This document shows, one piece after another, positions 57,242 to 64,000 of a stretch of 64,000 bases of DNA. The notes under the pieces were generated by a model. It made no database searches, was not told the DNA's origin, and saw only the letters and a list, made by a program, of their open reading frames with translations. The stretch's first letter is position 1. Every line of letters begins with the position of its first letter. Source of the DNA: an uncultured Eggerthellaceae bacterium (lineage in GTDB: Bacteria; Actinomycetota; Coriobacteriia; Coriobacteriales; Eggerthellaceae). A program made the position numbers and the translations under genes. Where the stretch lies: NCBI GenBank assembly GCA_934630905.1, contig CAKTXN010000003.1:2838-66837 (forward strand). The letters are read 5' to 3'.

Positions 57242-57270
57242 TAATATCCACATGTTGCATTTTCGCTCAA
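57242..57270 (-). promoter_or_regulatory. candidate promoter of the Fic gene (duplicate of the ATPase D module)
   Basis: Read on the minus strand: TTGAGC (57270-57265), a 17-nt spacer, then ATATTA (57247-57242). Confidence 0.4.
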
Positions 57271-57432
57271 CGATAAACGCGAAACCATGTGAATCGATAT
57301 GAGTGCGATTGTCAATCGGGAGACGATTGTGATGCAACGGATTGGGTTGAGAGAAAAGAAGGAATCTCGCGCCAGGCAGAAAAGGAATCTGCCGCGCGAA
57401 GGTAAACATCGGGTGCTATGCGCCCGTTTGCT

Positions 57433-57843
57433 TTATTGCCATGAATAATCGAAGTCGTCGGCGTCGTCTTGCCAGGGGTTAATCTGTGAAGGCGCGCCAA
57501 CAAGCGACTTGCCTTCCTTGTGGACGGCATACCATAAGTCGAGTGCTTCGCGCACCACTTTGCTTGCGCTTTCTTCAGGAGCCGATGCGGCAATTTCATC
57601 GAGCCATTCTTTTTGTTTTGTTTCGATGGTCACGCTTATATTTACGGTAGACCCCTTCGCAAAACTGCGGGGTCTGCCGCGTTTCTTTTTCTGATCCTGC
57701 TCTTTTGTTGTTTGCTCGGCCGGTGCTTGTCCGTGCTCGGGTTGCAGGTGCTCGGGTTGCGCGTTTGCGAATTGCATGCGTTCGGCTTGCTCTTGCCCTT
57801 CCTGGGCGCGTCCCAACGACCCCGTTTCCATGGATTCCAGCAT
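57433..57843 (-). CDS. ribbon-helix-helix (CopG/Arc-type) DNA-binding protein with a disordered Gln/Glu-rich N-terminus
   Basis: 136-aa ORF. The RHH-like segment reads TVNISVTIETKQKEWLDEIA...SASKVVREALDLWY. Confidence 0.6.
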   Translation of the reverse strand: MLESMETGSLGRAQEGQEQAERMQFANAQPEHLQPEHGQAPAEQTTKEQDQKKKRGRPRSFAKGSTVNISVTIETKQKEWLDEIAASAPEESASKVVREALDLWYAVHKEGKSLVGAPSQINPWQDDADDFDYSWQ

Positions 57844-58009
57844 AAGAATACCTCTATCTTTTCTTTTGGGGGCGTGATATGGTACATATAGTACCTTGAA
57901 TTAAGTATTAAAAAATACGAATTAAATAAAAAACTAAAAAATACCTGATTGAGCCCTTCTCCGGCACGGTTATTTTGCATGATAGACAGAGTCGAAGGAG
58001 GGATTCTCA

Positions 58010-59176
58010 GTGCAAACCACCCTACAGAAAAACACTCAACAGAAAATCGTTTTGCGATGCAAGCCGCAAAACTTCGATCAGTGGGCGGCTGCGCTTTCTT
58101 TTTACAGCGTTTCGCTCTGCGCGCCGGAGCGCCCTCTTGAAAAAGAACTTGCGCGGGCGGCGTTGAATCAAACCGATTTGTTCGTGATTATCGATGACGT
58201 GCAATCCTCGGATGAATCGCTTGTCAATTCGCTGCGCACGTACTTGGAAACCGAACAGCGCGCAACAACGCGCATGCGCATTGTGTTTGTGGCTGATCGT
58301 CGGCGCGAACTCCCTTCTTCTCTCTTTCGCATTCTGGCGAACTACGACATTTACGACATTATTGTTCCACCGAAAGATAATCTGCTTGATTTCAATCCCT
58401 ACGTCGAGGTTGCTCAAGTTCTGTCGCGGCCTAAGAGTTACAGCGAAATTGTGCCCTATCTTGCAGGCGAAATCGTGAACCCGAAGCTTGTTGGCTTGAC
58501 TTCCGCCGAAGCGCTGCGCGAGCGCACGCGTGCTCAAGTGCGCATTGCGGTGGCGCAAATCGATCAGCGACGCGGCGGTTCAACGCATACGTCGCTTCTG
58601 TTTGCCCGCGTGCTGGTTCTTCTGGGATATAAGGTGGCGCTTTTCATTGATGATCGCACATGGAAAAACATGCGGCGTTGCTATCCGCGTGCGCGGTGCA
58701 ATGTGGAAAACGGCATGATGACATTGGCGGGCATTGACTTCTACCGCAACGAAGGATTTGCGGGCGCAAACGGATACGACTACGTTTTGGCGGATTTCGG
58801 GTGTGCGCGGTGGATTGACTTGGAGCCCGATCAGCGCGCTCAAACGCTGGGCGAGAGTTTTCGTTCGGCGTCGCTTGCGGTGCTCACCTCGGTAGTGTCC
58901 CCGTGGGGCGACCACGCATCGTTCGAGCGCGTGCTGAAAATCTGGCAAAAGAAGGGCGAACTGCAGAATTTAGGCGGCGTGAAGTTCGCGTTTTTCGGCA
59001 TTTCGCATGACGCCGTCTACGAAAACTGGCAGGAAGCAGCACAGCGCTTGAACCCCAAGGCGGAGCTTTATCGCATTCCGTATTTGCCCGACCCCTTGCA
59101 TTACGAGGCAAAAGAACATCATTGCCCTGAATTGATTGACATTCTATCGCCTATTTTGCGCGCGAAAGATCGGTAA
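58010..59176 (+). CDS. ParA/MinD/TadZ-like SIMIBI protein with a degenerate P-loop and an N-terminal receiver-like domain
   Basis: The start codon is GTG with GGAGG upstream. The N-terminal part reads LFVIIDDVQ...RIVFVADRR...YDIYDIIV. The C-terminal half reads IAVAQIDQRRGGSTHTSLLFARVLVLLGYKVALFIDD, which corresponds to KGGxGKT with the Lys lost, and also carries DYVLADFG. The assignment is by pattern only. Confidence 0.45.
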   Translation: MQTTLQKNTQQKIVLRCKPQNFDQWAAALSFYSVSLCAPERPLEKELARAALNQTDLFVIIDDVQSSDESLVNSLRTYLETEQRATTRMRIVFVADRRRELPSSLFRILANYDIYDIIVPPKDNLLDFNPYVEVAQVLSRPKSYSEIVPYLAGEIVNPKLVGLTSAEALRERTRAQVRIAVAQIDQRRGGSTHTSLLFARVLVLLGYKVALFIDDRTWKNMRRCYPRARCNVENGMMTLAGIDFYRNEGFAGANGYDYVLADFGCARWIDLEPDQRAQTLGESFRSASLAVLTSVVSPWGDHASFERVLKIWQKKGELQNLGGVKFAFFGISHDAVYENWQEAAQRLNPKAELYRIPYLPDPLHYEAKEHHCPELIDILSPILRAKDR

Positions 59177-59222
59177 GTTGGACTTTCGCAGGTTGGGCGA
59201 TAGGAATGGCTGAGGGGTTTCG

Positions 59223-59693
59223 ATGATGTTTTCGCAGGAGCAGATGGAGGAATGGGAAGCGCGCGCAGTGCCGCTTGATGAGCGCGGCGAAAGCGAGGCG
59301 TATTTTCCGCTGTGGGGCATTGTCGATGTGGACGATTACCTGCAGAAAAGCGATGCATCGCGCGCTGAACGGCAACGGGTGGCGGCATTGGAGGACGCCG
59401 GTGCTGAAGCTGAGGCCGGGACGTCGGACGCGTGCGCGGAAGATGCAGTGGGCGCTGCGGCGGGTGGTACAGCCGCGGCGGCAAGTGTTGCGGCGGCGGT
59501 GCGGCCCTCGGCGGGTGCGCGTGTTGCGTGGGGCGCGTGGTTCTGGGTGAAGCGTGTGGTGATTGCGCTGGTGGTATGCGTTGTTGGTTCGATGCTGGTG
59601 ACCATGGCGCTGAATCCCGCCATGACGTTTTTCGATGCGGCAAACGCTTTGTTTGGTGGCATTGCGGGTTTGATTGAGAAGGTGCTCGGATAG
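59223..59693 (+). CDS. hypothetical protein with an Ala-rich linker and a C-terminal TM
   Basis: 156-aa ORF with GAGGGG upstream. The TM reads VVIALVVCVVGSMLVTMAL. Confidence 0.5.
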   Translation: MMFSQEQMEEWEARAVPLDERGESEAYFPLWGIVDVDDYLQKSDASRAERQRVAALEDAGAEAEAGTSDACAEDAVGAAAGGTAAAASVAAAVRPSAGARVAWGAWFWVKRVVIALVVCVVGSMLVTMALNPAMTFFDAANALFGGIAGLIEKVLG

Positions 59694-59765
59694 CTTGGGT
59701 TTCAAACGGTTAATACGTGCGTGGAGGTGCGCGTGTTGACCGAGAGGGTTTGAAGATAGGGGTTT

Positions 59766-62700
59766 ATGGTGGGCGTTTTCAAGAAAAGGGGAAACTTTGC
59801 AGCGCGTATTGTTGCAGCGGCTCTGGCGGCGGTGCTTTGCGTTTCGTCGGTGCCGTGTGCTGCCTTCGCGCAGGTGGTGAGTGATACCGACGCGCAGAGT
59901 GCTTCGGGTGCTTTGCAGGAGGCGCGTGTGGCGGAAGAGGCCGGGGAAGATGTTGGCGCCGTTGCGGCCGCTGGTGCTGTTTTCGATGTTGGTGTCGGAG
60001 AAGGCGCCGGCACTGCTGGTATCGGTGCCACTGGCGCAGAGCCGAGCGGCGAAGCAGTGGATGATGCCGGCTGTATCGACGCTGGCGTTGCATCCGGTGG
60101 CGCGGACGAGTGCGACGCGGGCGCGGATGCCGCCGCTGTTGCGGTCGAAACCTCCGCATTTGCGGCATCGGCGGAACTCCAGCCGCTGAGCAGTGCGAGC
60201 GCGGGTTCGAGTGAAATCCAGGACGTTTCGACGCAGGCGCTTGAAGCGCGGACAAATGCCGCTGTGCAGTGTCGCGACGATCGCATTGCTCTTGCGTCTG
60301 CAAACTACGATTATTCCGGAATGGCGCATTGCTGGTTTCGCAATGATCGTCCGACTGACTATGTGTTCACCGTCGAAATCGACGGTGTGTCGTATGAAGC
60401 GTATTGCTTGGATCCCGCTTTGCCTGCTCCAGCGAATGGTTGGTATACGTTCTATGCCACCTGGGATGACGACGAAAAAGCATACGATATCGTGCTGGAT
60501 ACCAAAGATGCCGAAGTTCATTGGAGCCAGGTTGACATAGGTCTAGGATGCCAAAGCGTGGGCGGTTTCCGCATCTACGCAAAAGGCGATTTCACGCTGA
60601 CGAAGTCCAGCTCGAACTTGGAAGTGTCGGGAATCTATAACGTTGCTGGCGCGGTTTACGGCCTGTACTGGTATTACGCCGATGCGCAAGCGAAAAACGA
60701 GCCTGATTATCGTTTGGTGATTGGCGATGATGGCTCAAGCGATACGCTTACGGGACTTACGCCTGATGAGCGTTGGTATGTGCGCGAGCTTGAGGCGCCT
60801 ACGGGTTTTGCGCTTGATCCGACGATTTATACGGTGCCCATTCGTCCGAATCAGGATAATTCTTATCACGTGACAGATGAGCCTGTCATGGACCCTAACA
60901 ATGTTCTGCTCAAGAAGGTGACCGCGGATGGCCAAGAGTATTTAGGTGAGCACCTGTCTTTGGCAATGGCGGAATACCAGTTTGATTATTATGCGGGATA
61001 TTACGATACCGTCGAGCAGGCGCGTGCATCGGGTGATCCTACGCGCAGCTGGGTGCTGAGGACGAACAATAATGGATATACAGGAGTTCGGTATGCTGAT
61101 AAAACGTTTACTCATGATGGCGTTGAGTATCCCTACCTTGTAAGCGGAGAAGTCTATCGTGCGCCTTCGGGAAAGCCGAGTATGCCACTTGGTACGCTAG
61201 TGATCCATGAAACGAATCCTCCGTTTGGATACAAGGTGTCTTCTTCGATTTTTATTGCGCAATTAAAACAAGCAGATAATGAATTTGGTTACGAATGGGC
61301 TTTTGGAGGGGAAGGCTTCGCTGATGGCAACGTCGCGCTCGATAAAGAATCCGTTGATGTAGGCTCCCTCACTATTCTTAAGAAGAGCGCAAATCCCCAG
61401 CTTACAACGGACGTCAATGGCTATTCTCTGGCAGGCGCGCGCTTCGACGTCTACGATAATGCTGCCTGCCAAGGCGAACCTAAATATACGTTGGTTACAA
61501 AAGAAGATGGCACGACCGATACCATTGAAGAATTACCTCCCGGATTGCACTTGTACATCAAAGAAGCGATTCCGCCCCAGGGCTTCAAGGAATCTTCGGA
61601 TGTGTACGAAGTTGTTATCAAGCCAGGAAAAATTTCGGTAACTACGGTAGTCATCGAGAATGTGCCCGTCTATGCAGCGCCTTCCGTTTCTCTTGTCAAG
61701 AAAGACAGCAATGGTGACCGGGCTTTTAAGGGCGATGCAACGCTCGCGGGAGCGGAATACACGTTTGCATTCTATGCAGGTAAAAGCTCGGCGCAGGGAA
61801 CCCCCGATGCTATGTGGGTGGGCGTGACAAACGAAGAGGGAAGAACTTCGCTTAATCAGGCAACATTAGTGTCTGGGTCGGAATGGCTGGTCGAAGGCCA
61901 GTGCGTGTTGCCGCTTGGATTCTTGACAGTAGAAGAAACGAAAGCGCCGCAAGGCTACCAGAAATCCAACGAAGTATTTTCTGCTCAGGTTGTTTACGAC
62001 GAGCAAACGCGCTCGGCGAAATGGATAAAAGGAGATGCGCTTTCGGACGATGCTCTTTTCTGCGATTCAGTTGAATTTGAGGCAGCCGAAGACATCAAGC
62101 TGTTCGGCATAAGCGTCTATAAGAAAATTCAGGGTGCACAAACAGAGATTTCCCCTGAAGGCATTCAATTCGAAATTGTGTATAAGCCCACGGGTGAAGT
62201 GGTGAAAACAATTACGATTGGCGCAGATGGAACGGCAACAACGGGTGAGCACGCCTTGCCGTGCGGTAGTTACGAGGTGCGTGAAGTTGAAGAAAGCGTT
62301 CCGGCGGGCTTGCAGCCGTATAGCGCTACTTCGAAAACAGGAAGCAATATCATCGACACGATCGACGCTCCCGATGATGGATCTTTTCCTTTGTATCAAG
62401 TGATCAAAACAGAGTGTACCGATTACACGAGCGACACACCACGCGGCGAAAAGAAAGATCATGCAACGGGGCAGCCAATCGCTGGTACGGAGTTTACACT
62501 CTACCGCTATACGGGAGACGTGGCGATTGACGATGGTGCCGTGGATGCTACCGCTGCAGCTTTTGATCCGTATCAGGATTATTGGGCTCAGCTAGAGACG
62601 GTGATAACCGATGCTCATGGCAAGTTTGCGTTCGATGCGCAGCCGTATGGCGTCTATATGATGGTTGAGACGAATCCCGAATGGCATTATCTGAGTACGT

Positions 62701-64000
62701 CGGAAGGCGAATACGATGGTGCAAGCAAGGATCCTCTTGCCACGGCGCGTGCGTTCGTTATCGACAAAGACCATCCGTGCGAAATGCAGCTTTGGGAGGA
62801 TATCGCTATCCAACTTGAATGCGCCGTTGATAAATCGACGATTTCGGTGACGTCTTTGGGTCTGATTTCTAAAGAAAGTTCCGATGCGGAAGATACCGTT
62901 TCAAACGTAGGCATTGAGGAATATCGTTACGATGTTGCGTTTGACAACGGGAATACGAATACGTACGCCGATGAATATTGGGTGATTGACCAGCTGAATA
63001 TGGTTTGCGCTCCGTTTGATCTTCGCGTAACTACGATTGTGCTGCCTACGGTTGAAAACGACTCTACACCCACCGTTGCGCTTTTGATTAAAACGAATAA
63101 AGGCACCGGCGAATCATGGGCTCCCGCAGTTGAGACTGCTTGTCACGAGTCAACGCTGTGCGACGGTTCTTCCCGTTTCAACGGAGCTGGCTGGCGATCT
63201 GCGGGAACGTATTCCTCCGATACGCCCGCGATGATTTCTGTGGAGAGCTTGGGGCTGGCTCAAGATGAATATCTCACGGGTTTGTGCTTGTACTACGGCG
63301 CCGTTGAAAAGGACTTTTCAACGTTGAGTCCCTTGTCGTATATGGTGGTTGCAACGCATGAGCTGGCCGAAGGCGTTGTGATTCCCAACACGGCAACCAG
63401 TCACATTACGCGCAATTGGGCGCAGCGTGATGATTCGGTGAATGGGTTGTCCGACGATGATATCGACAGTGTTGCTACCACGGTTTTAGGTACGTTTGAG
63501 CAGCATTTCGATCGCGGGTACTCGCCGACTTCGAGCGGGCGTTTGGGCTCTTGGAAGCCGACGTTGCCTCAAACGGGAGATGCAATGTTGTCATTTGGGT
63601 TTTTAGCACTTGCTGGTGCGTTGACATGCGCTGCTGCGAGCGTGTATATTTTTGCAAGGAATCGACGCGTGCGTGTTCAGCTTGCAGGGAAGGGGTCTGC
63701 TGTGGGTAAAACTGCTGGTAAGATGATGGGGATTATCGTGGCGCTGCTTTTAGTCGCGCTTCCCCTGGCGGGGTGCTCATGCAGCAGGCAGGGCGCTGAG
63801 TCCGCCTCATCGCAGGCATCTTCGGCAAGTGTGGGCGCGTCTTCCGCTTCGGCTTCTTCCGATGCCGCGGCTAGCGCTTCTTCCGATGACGTTGATGCTG
63901 AGGAGGGTTCTGGCGAATCTATTGAGGAGGCTCCCTCATCGGATGATTCTTCCGCATCGAACCAGGTTGGAGGCTCGGATTCCTCTTGGGCTGAAGTTCC
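59766..64000 (+). CDS. large LPXTG-type surface adhesin with multiple SpaA/Cna-B-type domains (open to the window end)
   Basis: This ORF is not in the supplied track. I translated the frame codon by codon from the ATG at 59766 to 64000 and found no stop.
- Signal peptide: KKRGNFAARIVAAALAAVLCVSSVPCAAFA.
- At least 5 prealbumin-fold repeats: AGAVYGLY...WYVRELEAPTGFALD; AGARFDVY...LYIKEAIPPQGF; AGAEYTFAF...LTVEETKAPQGY; YEVREVEESVPAGLQPY; AGTEFTLYRY...YMMVETNPEWHY.
- DUF11-like segment: EEYRYDVAFDNGNTNTYADEYWVIDQL.
- LPQTG at 63564-63578, followed by a hydrophobic stretch and RNRR. Confidence 0.85.
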   Translation, partial: MVGVFKKRGNFAARIVAAALAAVLCVSSVPCAAFAQVVSDTDAQSASGALQEARVAEEAGEDVGAVAAAGAVFDVGVGEGAGTAGIGATGAEPSGEAVDDAGCIDAGVASGGADECDAGADAAAVAVETSAFAASAELQPLSSASAGSSEIQDVSTQALEARTNAAVQCRDDRIALASANYDYSGMAHCWFRNDRPTDYVFTVEIDGVSYEAYCLDPALPAPANGWYTFYATWDDDEKAYDIVLDTKDAEVHWSQVDIGLGCQSVGGFRIYAKGDFTLTKSSSNLEVSGIYNVAGAVYGLYWYYADAQAKNEPDYRLVIGDDGSSDTLTGLTPDERWYVRELEAPTGFALDPTIYTVPIRPNQDNSYHVTDEPVMDPNNVLLKKVTADGQEYLGEHLSLAMAEYQFDYYAGYYDTVEQARASGDPTRSWVLRTNNNGYTGVRYADKTFTHDGVEYPYLVSGEVYRAPSGKPSMPLGTLVIHETNPPFGYKVSSSIFIAQLKQADNEFGYEWAFGGEGFADGNVALDKESVDVGSLTILKKSANPQLTTDVNGYSLAGARFDVYDNAACQGEPKYTLVTKEDGTTDTIEELPPGLHLYIKEAIPPQGFKESSDVYEVVIKPGKISVTTVVIENVPVYAAPSVSLVKKDSNGDRAFKGDATLAGAEYTFAFYAGKSSAQGTPDAMWVGVTNEEGRTSLNQATLVSGSEWLVEGQCVLPLGFLTVEETKAPQGYQKSNEVFSAQVVYDEQTRSAKWIKGDALSDDALFCDSVEFEAAEDIKLFGISVYKKIQGAQTEISPEGIQFEIVYKPTGEVVKTITIGADGTATTGEHALPCGSYEVREVEESVPAGLQPYSATSKTGSNIIDTIDAPDDGSFPLYQVIKTECTDYTSDTPRGEKKDHATGQPIAGTEFTLYRYTGDVAIDDGAVDATAAAFDPYQDYWAQLETVITDAHGKFAFDAQPYGVYMMVETNPEWHYLSTSEGEYDGASKDPLATARAFVIDKDHPCEMQLWEDIAIQLECAVDKSTISVTSLGLISKESSDAEDTVSNVGIEEYRYDVAFDNGNTNTYADEYWVIDQLNMVCAPFDLRVTTIVLPTVENDSTPTVALLIKTNKGTGESWAPAVETACHESTLCDGSSRFNGAGWRSAGTYSSDTPAMISVESLGLAQDEYLTGLCLYYGAVEKDFSTLSPLSYMVVATHELAEGVVIPNTATSHITRNWAQRDDSVNGLSDDDIDSVATTVLGTFEQHFDRGYSPTSSGRLGSWKPTLPQTGDAMLSFGFLALAGALTCAAASVYIFARNRRVRVQLAGKGSAVGKTAGKMMGIIVALLLVALPLAGCSCSRQGAESASSQASSASVGASSASASSDAAASASSDDVDAEEGSGESIEEAPSSDDSSASNQVGGSDSSWAEV
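63702..64000 (+). CDS. putative lipoprotein N-terminus (partial), in the same frame as the adhesin with no stop between them
   Basis: GGGAAGGGG lies 6 nt upstream of the GTG at 63702. The lipobox is KTAGKMMGIIVALLLVALPLAGC. A Ser/Ala/Asp-rich region follows the Cys. Confidence 0.35.
   Translation, partial: MGKTAGKMMGIIVALLLVALPLAGCSCSRQGAESASSQASSASVGASSASASSDAAASASSDDVDAEEGSGESIEEAPSSDDSSASNQVGGSDSSWAEV

Noticed and set aside
60370-60540. The YEAYCLDPALPAP segment in the adhesin resembles the Cys motif of thioester (TQXA) adhesin domains.
   Set aside because: No TQxA(I/V)W motif follows at an appropriate distance. The segment before the first Cna-B-type repeat is too short for a thioester domain.

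Overview
All calls come from reading the sequence and recognising motifs by eye. No searches were run, and GC statements are visual estimates.

The window looks like a high-GC Actinobacteria chromosome segment, probably of the Coriobacteriia/Eggerthellaceae type. That placement is an inference from gene content and order.

The housekeeping backbone contains:
- an LCP envelope enzyme
- an MgtE-sensor-like protein followed by an NRMT-type NRAMP transporter
- tRNA-Arg(CCU)
- thiM-thiE-thiD-cytX behind a THI-box
- dnaK-grpE-dnaJ-hspR-clpB
- trkH and rsgA
- hpt-ftsH-folP/folK
- birA-bioY
- nikR, hypE and a ferredoxin

The main unexplained structure is a set of five single-gene insert-like loci lying between these operons. 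Four encode paralogous AAA+ ATPases of the AAA_14/DUF4143 type with C-terminal PD-(D/E)xK-like motifs. One encodes a TnsA/Vsr-like nuclease-fold ORF. Each is preceded by its own phased repeat array:
- two arrays are exactly 4 x 32 bp
- one is 2 x 42-bp palindromes bracketing a promoter
- one is 4 x ~40-bp palindromes
- one is a duplicated 22-bp promoter module that also drives an HTH-Fic gene

Two of these loci are bracketed by 75-110 bp direct repeats of local intergenic sequence.

Other observations:
- a 192-bp element with 27-bp terminal inverted repeats
- five phased TGGGCAAY dyads upstream of a SanA-like gene
- a REP-like palindrome family
- a THI-box that appears split by a ~120-nt insertion
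- two genes with 1-nt frameshifts
- an ORF of more than 1400 codons encoding an LPQTG adhesin, which is missing from the supplied ORF track because it has no stop codon before the window ends
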